This document shows, in pieces, positions 1 through 13,520 of a stretch of 64,000 bases of DNA (position 1 is the stretch's first letter; each line of letters begins with the position of its first letter). Source of the DNA: Eledone cirrhosa (lineage: Eukaryota); the NCBI GenBank assembly GCA_964016885.1, contig OZ024752.1, forward strand, positions 23,188,001 through 23,252,000, read 5' to 3'. The notes under the pieces were generated by a model. That model ran no database searches and was not told the DNA's origin. It was given only the letters and a program-made list of their open reading frames with translations. The position numbers were made by a program, and so were the translations under genes.

Positions 1-2135
1 CTATCTGACGTTCTAACAAATGTCATTCTATCTGACGTTCTAGCGATTGTCATTTTCTCTGACGTTCTAGTGACTGTCATTCTATCTGACGTTCTAACGA
101 CTGTCATTCTATCTGACGTTCAAGCGACTGTCATTCTATTTCACGTTCTAAAGACTGTCATTCTATCTGAAATTCTAGCCACTGTCATTCTATCTGACGT
201 TCTAACAACCGTCATTCTATCTGACGTTCTAATGACTGTCATTCTATATGACATTCTAGCAACTGTCATTCTATTTAACGTTCTAACCACTGTCATTCTA
301 TCTGATGTTCTAGCGACTATCATTCCATCTAACGTTCTAACGACTGTCATTCTATCTGACGTCCTAGCAACTGTCATTCTATCTGACGTTCTAACGACTG
401 TCATTTTATCTGACGTTCTAACGACTGCCATTCTATCTGACGTTCTAACAACTGTCATTCTATCTGACGTTATAACGACTGTCATTCTATCTGACGTTCA
501 AGCGACTGTCATGCTATTTCACGTTATAAAGACTGTCATTCTATCTGACATTCTAGCGATTGTCATTCTATCTGACGTTCTAACAACTGTCATTCTATCT
601 GACGTTCTAATGACTGTCATTCTATCTGACATTCTATCTAACGTTCTAACAACTGTCATTCTATCTGACATTCTAGCGACTGTCATTCTATCTGACATTC
701 TAACGACTGTCATTCTATCTGACGTTCTAACAACTGTCATTCTATCTAACGTTCTAATGACTGTCATTATTTCTGACGTTCTAGCGACTGTCATTCCATA
801 TGACGTTCTAACGACTGTCATTCTATCTGCCGTTTTAGAGACTGTCATTCTATCTTACGTTCTAACAACTGTCATTCTATCTGACGTTCTAACGACTGTC
901 ATTCTATCTGATGTTCTAACGACTGTCATTCTATCTGACGTTCTAGCGACTGTCATTCTATCTCAGTTCTAATGACTGTCATTCTATCTGACGTCCTAGC
1001 GACTGTCATCCTATATGATTTTCTAACGACTGTCATTCTATATGACGTTCTAACGACTGTCGTTCTATCTGACGTTCTAGCGATTGTCATCCTATCTGAC
1101 GTTCTAACGACTGTCATTCTATCTGGCGTTCTAATGACTGTCATTCTATCTGACATTATAGCAACTGTCATTCTATCTAACGTTCTAACCACTGTCATTC
1201 TATCTGACGTTCTAGCGATTGTCATCCTATCTGACTTTCTAACGACTGTCATTCTATCTGACGTTCTAACGACTGTCATTCTGTCTGACGTTCTAGCGAT
1301 TGTCATCCTATCTGACGTTCTAACGACTGTCATTCTATCTGACGTTCTAATGACTGTCATTCTATCTGACATTCTAACGACTGTCATTCTATCTGACGTT
1401 CTAACAACTGTCATTCTATCTGACGTTCTAACGACTGTCGTTATATCTGACGTTCTAACAACTGTCATTCTATCTAACGTTCTAACGACTGTCATTATAT
1501 CTGACGTTCTAGCGACTGTCATTCTATCTGACATTCTAACCACTGTCATTCTATCTGACGTTCTAGCAACTGTCATCCTACGTGACCCTCTAGCGACTGT
1601 CATTCTATCTGACGTTCTAACCACTGTCATTCTGTCTGACGTTCTAGCGACAGTCATTCTATCTGACGTTCTAACGACTGTCATTCTATCTGACGTTCTA
1701 ACAACTGTCATTCTATCTGACGTTCTAACGACTGTCATTCTATCTGAAGTTCTAACGACTGTCATTCTATCTGACGTTCTAATGACTGTCATTCTATCTG
1801 ACATTCTAGCAACTGTCATTCTATCTTACGTTCTAACAACTGTCATTCTATCTGACGTTCTAACGACTGTCATTCTATCTGACGTTCTAACAACTGTCAT
1901 TCTATCTGACGTTCTAACGACTGTCATTCTATCTGACGTTCTAGCGACTGTCATTCTATCTGACGTTCTAGCCTCTGTCATTCTATCTGACGTTCTAACA
2001 ACTGTCATTCTATCTAACGTTCTAACGACTGTCATTATATCTGACGTTCTAACAACTGTCATTCTATCTAACGTTCTAACGACTGTCATTCTATCTGACA
2101 TTCTAACCACTGTCATTCTATCTGACGTTCTAGCA

Positions 2136-2450
2136 ACTGTCATCCTACGTGACCCTCTAGCGACTGTCATTCTATCTGACGTTCTAACCACTGTTCATCT
2201 ATCTGACGTTCTAGCGACAGTCATTCTATCTGAAGTTCTAACGACTGTCATTTTATCTGATGTGCTAACGATGCCATTCTATCTGACGTTCTAGCGACTG
2301 TAACTTTATCTGACGTGCTAACGACTGCCATTCTACCTGACGTTCTAGCGACTTTCATTCTATGTGACGTTCTAACAACTGTCATTCTATCTGACGTTCT
2401 AACGATTGTCATTCTATCTGACGTTCTAACCACCGTCATTCTATCTGAGT
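2136..2450. repeat. Landmark cassette of ~12 diagnostic variant monomers (first full example); ~20 copies up to ~56.7 kb
   Basis: Fixed order CCTACGTGACCCTC, GCGACAGTC, TCTGAAGTT, 26-mer ACGATGCC/ACGATGAC, GTAACTTTA, GCCATTCTACCT, TTCATTCTATGT, ACCACCGTC, 26-mer TCTGAGTT. Marked in the ORF track by 18 63-aa minus ORFs ending HQIK plus variants at 33778 and 43431. Confidence 0.9.
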
Positions 2451-4781
2451 TCTAACGACTGTCATTCTATCTGACGTCCTAGCGACTGTCATTCTATCTG
2501 ACGTTCTAACAAATGTCATTCTATCTGACGTTCTAGCGATTGTCATTTTCTCTGACGTTCTAGTGACTGTCATTCTATCTGACGTTCTAACGACTGTCAT
2601 TCTATCTGACGTTCAAGCGACTGTCATTCTATTTCACGTTCTAAAGACTGTCATTCTATCTGAAATTCTAGCCACTGTCATTCTATCTGACGTTCTAACA
2701 ACCGTCATTCTATCTGACGTTCTAATGACTGTCATTCTATATGACATTCTAGCAACTGTCATTCTATTTAACGTTCTAACCACTGTCATTCTATCTGATG
2801 TTCTAGCGACTATCATTCCATCTAACGTTCTAACGACTGTCATTCTATCTGACGTCCTAGCAACTGTCATTCTATCTGACGTTCTAACGACTGTCATTTT
2901 ATCTGACGTTCTAACGACTGCCATTCTATCTGACGTTCTAACAACTGTCATTCTATCTGACGTTATAACGACTGTCATTCTATCTGACGTTCAAGCGACT
3001 GTCATGCTATTTCACGTTATAAAGACTGTCATTGTATCTGACATTCTAGCGATTGTCATTCTATCTGACGTTCTAACAACTGTCATTCTATCTGACGTTC
3101 TAATGACTGTCATTCTATCTGACATTCTATCTAACGTTCTAACAACTGTCATTCTATCTGACATTCTAGCGACTGTCATTCTATCTGACATTCTAACGAC
3201 TGTCATTCTATCTGACGTTCTAACAACTGTCATTCTATCTAACGTTCTAATGACTGTCATTATTTCTGACGTTCTAGCGACTGTCATTCCATATGACGTT
3301 CTAACGACTGTCATTCTATCTGCCGTTTTAGAGACTGTCATTCTATCTTACGTTCTAACAACTGTCATTCTATCTGACGTTCTAACGACTGTCATTCTAT
3401 CTGATGTTCTAACGACTGTCATTCTATCTGACGTTCTAGCGACTGTCATTCTATCTCAGTTCTAATGACTGTCATTCTATCTGACGTCCTAGCGACTGTC
3501 ATCCTATATGATTTTCTAACGACTGTCATTCTATATGACGTTCTAACGACTGTCGTTCTATCTGACGTTCTAGCGATTGTCATCCTATCTGACGTTCTAA
3601 CGACTGTCATTCTATCTGGCGTTCTAATGACTGTCATTCTATCTGACATTATAGCAACTGTCATTCTATCTAACGTTCTAACCACTGTCATTCTATCTGA
3701 CGTTCTAGCGATTGTCATCCTATCTGACTTTCTAACGACTGTCATTCTATCTGACGTTCTAACGACTGTCATTCTGTCTGACGTTCTAGCGATTGTCATC
3801 CTATCTGACGTTCTAACGACTGTCATTCTATCTGACGTTCTAATGACTGTCATTCTATCTGACATTCTAACGACTGTCATTCTATCTGACGTTCTAACAA
3901 CTGTCATTCTATCTGACGTTCTAACGACTGTCATTATATCTGACGTTCTAACAACTGTCATTCTATCTAACGTTCTAACGACTGTCATTATATCTGACGT
4001 TCTAGCGACTGTCATTCTATCTGACATTCTAACCACTGTCATTCTATCTGACGTTCTAGCAACTGTCATCCTACGTGACCCTCTAGCGACTGTCATTCTA
4101 TCTGACGTTCTAACCACTGTCATTCTATCTGACGTTCTAGCGACAGTCATTCTATCTGACGTTCTAACGACTGTCATTCTATCTGACGTTCTAACAACTG
4201 TCATTCTATCTGACGTTCTAACGACTGTCATTCTATCTGAAGTTCTAGCGACTGTCATTCTATCTGACGTTCTAGCGTCTGTCATTCTATCTGACGTTCT
4301 AACAACTGTCATTCTATCTAACGTTCTAACGACTGTCATTATATCTGACGTTCTAACAACTGTCATTCTATCTAACGTTCTAACGACTGTCATTATATCT
4401 GACGTTCTAGCGACTGTCATTCTATCTGACATTCTAACCACTATCATTCTATCTGACGTTCTAGCAACTGTCATCCTACGTGACCCTCTAGCGACTGTCA
4501 TTCTATCTGACGTTCTAACCACTGTCATTCTATCTGACGTTCTAGCGACAGTCATTCTATCTGAAGTTCTAACGACTGTCATTTTATCTGATGTTCTAAC
4601 GATGCCATTCTATCTGACGTTCTAGCGACTGTAACTTTATCTGACGTGCTAACGACTGCCATTCTACCTGACGTTCTAGCGACTTTCATTCTATGTGACG
4701 TTCTAACAACTGTCATTCTATCTGACGTTCTAACGATTGTCATTCTATCTGACGTTCTAACCACCGTCATTCTATCTGAGT

Positions 4782-7625
4782 TCTAACGACTGTCATTCTA
4801 TCTGACGTCCTAGCGACTGTCATTCTATCTGACGTTCTAACCAATGTCATTCTATCTGACGTTCTAACAACCGTCATTCTAACTGACGTTCTAATGACTG
4901 TCATTCTATATGACATTCTAGCAACTGGCATTCTATCTAACGTTCTAACCACTGTCATTCTATCTGATGTTCTAGCGACTGTCATTCCATCTGACGTTCT
5001 AACGACTGTCATTCTATCTGCCGTTCTAACGACTGTCATTTTATCTGATGTTCTAACGACTGTCATTCTATCTGACGTTCTAACAACTGTAATTCTATCT
5101 GACGTTCTAACCACTGTCATTCTATCTGATGTTCTAACGACTGTCATTCTATCTTACGTTCTAACAACTGTCATTCTATCTGACGTTCTAACGACTGTCA
5201 TTCTATCTGACGTTCTAACAACTGTCATTCTATCTGACGTTCTAATGACTGTCATTCTATCTGACATTCTAGCAACTGTCATTCTATCTAAGGTTCTAAA
5301 GACTGTCATTCTATCTGACGTTCTAGCGACTGTCATTCTATCTGACGTTCTAACGACTGTCATTCTACCTGACATTCTAGCAACTGTCATTCCATCTAAC
5401 GTTCTAACAACTGTCATTCTATCTGACGTTCTAGCGACTGTCATTCTATCTGACATTCTAACGACTGTCATTCTATCTGACGTTCTAGCGACTGTCATTC
5501 TACCTAACGTTCTAGCGACTGTAACTTTATCTGACGTGCTAACGACTGCCATTCTACCTGACGTTCTAACAACTGTCATTCTATCTGACGTTCTAACGAT
5601 TGTCATTCTATCTGACGTTCTAACCACTGTCATTCTATCTGACGTTCTAGCGACTATCATTCCATCTGAAGTTCTAACGTCTGTCATTCTATCTGACGTC
5701 CTAGCAACTGTCATTCTATCTGACGTTCTAACGACTGTCATTTTATCTGACGTTCTAACGACTGTCATTCTATCTGACGTTCTAACAACTGTCATTCTAT
5801 CTGACGTTATAACGACTGTCATTCTATCTGACGTTCAAGCGACTGTCATGCTATTTCACGTTATAAAGACTGTCATTCTATCTGACATTCTAGCGATTGT
5901 CATTCTATCTGACGTTCTAACAACTGTCATTCTATCTGACGTTCTAATGACTGTCATTCTATCTGACATTCTATCTAACGTTCTAACAACTGTCATTCTA
6001 TCTGACGTTCTGACGACTGTCATTCTATCTGACATTCTAACGACTGTCATTCTATCTGACGTTCTAACAACTGTCATTCTATCTAACGTTCTAACGACTG
6101 TCATTATTTCTGAAGTTCTAGCGACTGTCATTCCATATGACGTTCTAACGACTGTCATTCTATCTGCCGTTTTAGAGACTGTCATTCTATCTTACGTTCT
6201 AACAACTGTCATTCTATCTGACGTTCTAACGACTGTCATTCTATCTGATGTTCTAACGACTGTCATTCTATCTGACGTTCTAGCGACTGTCATTCTATCT
6301 CAGTTCTAATGACTGTCATTCTATCTGACGTCCTAGCGACTGTCATCCTATATGATTTTCTAACGACTGTCATTCTATCTGACGTTCTAACGACTGTCGT
6401 TCTATCTGACGTTCTAGCGATTGTCATCCTATCTGACGTTCTAACGACTGTCATTCTATCTGGCGTTCTAATGACTGTCATTCTATCTGACATTATAGCA
6501 ACTGTGATTCTATCTAACGTTCTAACCACTGTCATTCTATCTGACGTTCTAGCAATTGTCATCCTATCTGACTTTCTAACGACTGTCATTCTATCTGACT
6601 TTCTAACGACTGTCATTCTATCTGACGTTCTAGCGATTGTCATCCTATCTGACGTTCTAACGACTGTCATTCTATCTGACGTTCTAACAACTGTCATTCT
6701 ATCTGACATTCTAGCGACTGTCATTCTATCTGACGTTCTAACGACTGTCATTCTATCTGACGTTCTAACAACTGTCATTCTATCTGACGTTCTAACGACT
6801 GTCATTCTATCTGACGTTCTAGGGACTGTCATTCTATCTGACGTTCTAGCGTCTGTCATTCTATCTGACGTTCTAACAACTGTCATTCTATCTAAAGTTC
6901 TAACGACTGTCATTATATCTGACGTTCTAGCGACTGTCATTCTATCTGACGTTCTAACGACTGTCATTCTATCTGACGTTCTAACAACTGTCATTCTATC
7001 TGACGTTCTAACGACTGTCATTCTATCTGACGTTCTAGGGACTGTCATTCTATGTGACGTTCTAGCGTCTGTCATTCTATCTGACGTTCTAACAACTGTC
7101 ATTCTATCTAAAGTTCTAACGACTGTCATTATATCTGACGTTCTAGCGACTGTCATTCTATCTGACGTTCTAACGACTGTCATTCTATCTGACGTTCTAA
7201 CAACTGTCATTCTATCTAACGTTCTAACGACTGTCATTATATCTGACGTTCTAGCGACTGTCATTCTATCTGACATTCTAACCACTGTCATTCTATCTGA
7301 CGTTCTAGCAACTGTCATCCTACGTGACCCTCTAGCGACTGTCATTCTATCTGACGTTCTAACCACTGTCATTCTATCTGACGTTCTAGCGACAGTCATT
7401 CTATCTGAAGTTCTAACGACTGTCATTTTATCTGATGTGCTAACGATGCCATTCTATCTGACGTTCTAGCGACTGTAACTTTATCTGACGTGCTAACGAC
7501 TGCCATTCTACCTGACGTTCTAGCGACTTTCATTCTATGTGACGTTCTAACAACTGTCATTCTATCTGACGTTCTAACGATTGTCATTCTATCTGACGTT
7601 CTAACCACCGTCATTCTATCTGAGT
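4782..7625. repeat. HOR unit type B (2,844 bp = 105x27+9); further copies 9876-12719 and 15806-18540
   Basis: Markers ACTGGCATT, CTGACGACT, CTAGGGACT x2 and TCTAAAGTT x2 recur at matching positions in all three copies. Confidence 0.9.
6710..7145. repeat. 216-bp (8-monomer) tandem duplication inside B units
   Basis: AGGGACT at 6821 and 7037, each followed by GCGTCT and TCTAAAGTT. The same pattern occurs near 11.9-12.2 kb and 17.8-18.1 kb. Edges are approximate. Confidence 0.85.
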
Positions 7626-9875
7626 TCTAACGACTGTCATTCTATCTGACGTCCTAGCGACTGTCATTCTATCTGACGTTCTAACCAATGTCATTCTATC
7701 TGACGTTCTAGCGATTGTCATTTTCTCTGACGTTCTAGTGACTGTCATTCTATCTGAAATTCTAGCGACTGTCATTCTATCTGACGTTCTAACAACCGTC
7801 ATTCTATCTGACGTTCTAATGACTGTCATTCTATATGACATTCTAGCAACTGTCATTCTATCTAACGTTCTAACCACTGTCATTCTATCTGATGTTCTAG
7901 CGACTATCATTCCATCTAACGTTCTAACGACTGTCATTCTATCTGACGTCCTAGCAACTGTCATTCTATCTGACGTTCTAACGACTGTCATTTTATCTGA
8001 CGTTCTAACGACTGCCATTCTATCTGACGTTCTAACAACTGTCATTCTATCTGACGTTATAACGACTGTCATTCTATCTGACGTTCAAGCGACTGTCATG
8101 CTATTTCACGTTATAAAGACTGTCATTCTATCTGACATTCTAGCGATTGTCATTCTATCTGACGTTCTAACAACTGTCATTCTATCTGACGTTCTAATGA
8201 CTGTCATTCTATCTGACATTCTATCTAACGTTCTAACAACTGTCATTCTATCTGACATTCTAGCGACTGTCATTCTATCTGACATTCTAACGACTGTCAT
8301 TCTATCTGACGTTCTAACAACTGTCATTCTATCTAACGTTCTAATGACTGTCATTATTTCTGACGTTCTAGCGACTGTCATTCCATATGACGTTCTAACG
8401 ACTGTCATTCTATCTGCCGTTTTAGAGACTGTCATTCTATCTTACGTTCTAACAACTGTCATTCTATCTGACGTTCTAACGACTGTCATTCTATCTGATG
8501 TTCTAACGACTGTCATTCTATCTGACGTTCTAGCGACTGTCATTCTATCTCAGTTCTAATGACTGTCATTCTATCTGACGTCCTAGCGACTGTCATCCTA
8601 TATGATTTTCTAACGACTGTCATTCTATATGACGTTCTAACGACTGTCGTTCTATCTGACGTTCTAGCGATTGTCATCCTATCTGACGTTCTAACGACTG
8701 TCATTCTATCTGGCGTTCTAATGACTGTCATTCTATCTGACATTATAGCAACTGTCATTCTATCTAACGTTCTAACCACTGTCATTCTATCTGACGTTCT
8801 AGCGATTGTCATCCTATCTGACTTTCTAACGACTGTCATTCTATCTGACGTTCTAACGACTGTCATTCTGTCTGACGTTCTAGCGATTGTCATCCTATCT
8901 GACGTTCTAACGACTGTCATTCTATCTGACGTTCTAATGACTGTCATTCTATCTGACATTCTAACGACTGTCATTCTATCTGACGTTCTAACAACTGTCA
9001 TTCTATCTGACGTTCTAACGACTGTCATTATATCTGACGTTCTAACAACTGTCATTCTATCTAACGTTCTAACGACTGTCATTATATCTGACGTTCTAGC
9101 GACTGTCATTCTATCTGACATTCTAACCACTGTCATTCTATCTGACGTTCTAGCAACTGTCATCCTACGTGACCCTCTAGCGACTGTCATTCTATCTGAC
9201 GTTCTAACCACTGTCATTCTATCTGACGTTCTAGCGACAGTCATTCTATCTGACGTTCTAACGACTGTCATTCTATCTGACGTTCTAACAACTGTCATTC
9301 TATCTGACGTTCTAACGACTGTCATTCTATCTGAAGTTCTAGCGACTGTCATTCTATCTGACGTTCTAGCGTCTGTCATTCTATCTGACGTTCTAACAAC
9401 TGTCATTCTATCTAACGTTCTAACGACTGTCATTATATCTGACGTTCTAACAACTGTCATTCTATCTAACGTTCTAACGACTGTCATTATATCTGACGTT
9501 CTAGCGACTGTCATTCTATCTGACATTCTAACCACTGTCATTCTATCTGACGTTCTAGCAACTGTCATCCTACGTGACCCTCTAGCGACTGTCATTCTAT
9601 CTGACGTTCTAACCACTGTCATTCTATCTGACGTTCTAGCGACAGTCATTCTATCTGAAGTTCTAACGACTGTCATTTTATCTGATGTTCTAACGATGCC
9701 ATTCTATCTGACGTTCTAGCGACTGTAACTTTATCTGACGTGCTAACGACTGCCATTCTACCTGACGTTCTAGCGACTTTCATTCTATGTGACGTTCTAA
9801 CAACTGTCATTCTATCTGACGTTCTAACGATTGTCATTCTATCTGACGTTCTAACCACCGTCATTCTATCTGACT
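7626..9875. repeat. HOR unit type A (2,250 bp = 83x27+9); related copies 1-2450, 2451-4781, 12720-15805
   Basis: Carries two CGTGACCCT monomers 405 bp apart (567 bp in the first copy) and the ATTCTGTCT marker. The 386-aa translations at 3465, 8559 and 14489 are nearly identical. Confidence 0.9.
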
Positions 9876-12800
9876 TCTAACGACTGTCATTCTATCTGAC
9901 GTCCTAGCGACTGTCATTCTATCTGACGTTCTAACCAATGTCATTCTATCTGACGTTCTAATAACCGTCATTCTAACTGACGTTCTAATGACTGTCATTC
10001 TATATGACATTCTAGCAACTGGCATTCTATCTAACGTTCTAACCACTGTCATTCTATCTGATGTTCTAGCGACTGTCATTCCATCTGACGTTCTAACGAC
10101 TGTCATTCTATCTGCCGTTCTAACGACTGTCATTTTATCTGATGTTCTAACGACTGTCATTCTATCTGACGTTCTAACAACTGTCATTCTATCTGACGTT
10201 CTAACCACTGTCATTCTATCTGATGTTCTAACGACTGTCATTCTATCTTACGTTCTAACAACTGTCATTCTATCTGACGTTCTAACGACTGTCATTCTAT
10301 CTGACGTTCTAACAACTGTCATTCTATCTGACGTTCTAATGACTGTCATTCTATCTGACATTCTAGCAACTGTCATTCTATCTAACGTTCTAACGACTGT
10401 CATTCTATCTGACGTTCTAGCGACTGTCATTCTATCTGACGTTCTAACGACTGTCATTCTACCTGACATTCTAGCAACTGTCATTCCATCTAACGTTCTA
10501 ACAACTGTCATTCTATCTGACGTTCTAGCGACTGTCATTCTATCTGACATTCTAACGACTGTCATTCTATCTGACGTTCTAGCGACTGTCATTCTACCTG
10601 ACGTTCTAGCGACTGTAACTTTATCTGACGTGCTAACGACTGCCATTCTACCTGACGTTCTAACAACTGTCATTCTATCTGACGTTCTAACGATTGTCAT
10701 TCTATCTGACGTTCTAACCACTGTCATTCTATCTGACGTTCTAGCGACTATCATTCCATCTGAAGTTCTAACGTCTGTCATTCTATCTGACGTCCTAGCA
10801 ACTGTCATTCTATCTGACGTTCTAACGACTGTTATTTTATCTGACGTTCTAACGACTGTCATTCTATCTGACGTTCTAACAACTGTCATTCTATCTGACG
10901 TTATAACGACTGTCATTCTATCTGACGTTCAAGCGACTGTCATGCTATTTCACGTTATAAAGACTGTCATTCTATCTGACATTCTAGCGATTGTCATTCT
11001 ATCTGACGTTCTAACAACTGTCATTCTATCTGACGTTCTAATGACTGTCATTCTATCTGACATTCTATCTAACGTTCTAACAACTGTCATTCTATCTGAC
11101 GTTCTGACGACTGTCATTCTATCTGACATTCTAACGACTGTCATTCTATCTGACGTTCTAACAACTGTCATTCTATCTAACGTTCTAACGACTGTCATTA
11201 TTTCTGACGTTCTAGCGACTGTCATTCCATATGACGTTCTAACGACTGTCATTCTATCTGCCGTTTTAGAGACTGTCATTCTATCTAACGTTCTAACAAC
11301 TGTCATTCTATCTGACGTTCTAACGACTGTCATTCTATCTGATGTTCTAACGACTGTCATTCTATCTGACGTTCTAGCGACTGTCATTCTATCTCAGTTC
11401 TAATGACTGTCATTCTATCTGACGTCCTAGCGACTGTCATCCTATATGATTTTCTAACGACTGTCATTCTATCTGACGTTCTAACGACTGTCGTTCTATC
11501 TGACTTTCTAGCGATTGTCATCCTATCTGACGTTCTAACGACTGTCATTCTATCTGGCGTTCTAATGACTGTCATTCTATCTGACATTATAGCAACTGTG
11601 ATTCTATCTAACGTTCTAACCACTGTCATTCTATCTGACGTTCTAGCAATTGTCATCCTATCTGACTTTCTAACGACTGTCATTCTATCTGACTTTCTAA
11701 CGACTGTCATTCTATCTGACGTTCTAGCGATTGTCATCCTATCTGACGTTCTAACGACTGTCATTCTATCTGACGTTCTAACAACTGTCATTCTATCTGA
11801 CATTCTAGCGACTGTCATTCTATCTGACGTTCTAACGACTGTCATTCTATCTGACGTTCTAACAACTGTCATTCTATCTGACGTTCTAACGACTGTCATT
11901 CTATCTGACGTTCTAGGGACTGTCATTCTATCTGACGTTCTAGCGTCTGTCATTCTATCTGACGTTCTAACAACTGTCATTCTATCTAAAGTTCTAACGA
12001 CTGTCATTATATCTGACGTTCTAGCGACTGTCATTCTATCTGACGTTCTAACGACTGTCATTCTATCTGACGTTCTAACAACTGTCATTCTATCTGACGT
12101 TCTAACGACTGTCATTCTATCTGACGTTCTAGGGACTGTCATTCTATGTGACGTTCTAGCGTCTGTCATTCTATCTGACGTTCTAACAACTGTCATTCTA
12201 TCTAAAGTTCTAACGACTGTCATTATATCTGACGTTCTAGCGACTGTCATTCTATCTGACGTTCTAACGACTGTCATTCTATCTGACGTTCTAACAACTG
12301 TCATTCTATCTAACGTTCTAACGACTGTCATTATATCTGACGTTCTAGCGACTGTCATTCTATCTGACATTCTAACCACTGTCATTCTATCTGACGTTCT
12401 AGCAACTGTCATCCTACGTGACCCTCTAGCGACTGTCATTCTATCTGACGTTCTAACCACTGTCATTCTATCTGACGTTCTAGCGACAGTCATTCTATCT
12501 GAAGTTCTAACGACTGTCATTTTATCTGATGTGCTAACGATGCCATTCTATCTGACGTTCTAGCGACTGTAACTTTATCTGACGTGCTAACGACTGCCAT
12601 TCTACCTGACGTTCTAGCGACTTTCATTCTATGTGACGTTCTAACAACTGTCATTCTATCTGACGTTCTAACGATTGTCATTCTATCTGACGTTCTAACC
12701 ACCGTCATTCTATCTGAGTTCTAACGACTGTCATTCTATCTGACGTCCTAGCGACTGTCATTCTATCTGACGTTCTAACCAATGTCATTCTATCTGACGT

Positions 12801-13520
12801 TCTAGCGATTGTCATTTTCTCTGACGTTCTAGTGACTGTCATTCTATCTGAAATTCTAGCGACTGTCATTCTATCTGACGTTCTAACAACCGTCATTCTA
12901 TCTGACGTTCTAATGACTGTCATTCTATATGACATTCTAGCAACTGTCATTCTATCTAACGTTCTAACCACTGTCATTCTATCTGATGTTCTAGCGACTA
13001 TCATTCCATCTAACGTTCTAACGACTGTCATTCTATCTGACGTCCTAGCAACTGTCATTCTATCTGACGTTCTAACGACTGTCATTTTATCTGACGTTCT
13101 AACGACTGCCATTCTATCTGACGTTCTAACAACTGTCATTCTATCTGACGTTATAACGACTGTCATTCTATCTGACGTTCAAGCGACTGTCATGCTATTT
13201 CACGTTATAAAGACTGTCATTCTATCTGACATTCTAGCGATTGTCATTCTATCTGACGTTCTAACAACTGTCATTCTATCTGACGTTCTAATGACTGTCA
13301 TTCTATCTGACATTCTATCTAACGTTCTAACAACTGTCATTCTATCTGACATTCTAGCGACTGTCATTCTATCTGACATTCTAACGACTGTCATTCTATC
13401 TGACGTTCTAACAACTGTCATTCTATCTAACGTTCTAATGACTGTCATTATTTCTGACGTTCTAGCGACTGTCATTCCATATGACGTTCTAACGACTGTC
13501 ATTCTATCTGCCGTTTTAGA

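Noticed and set aside
960-975. Overlapping TAATG stop-start junctions suggesting translationally coupled operons or programmed frameshifting
   Set aside because: They arise automatically when a 1-bp deletion precedes the common CTAATG variant. No RBS or slippery sequence is present.
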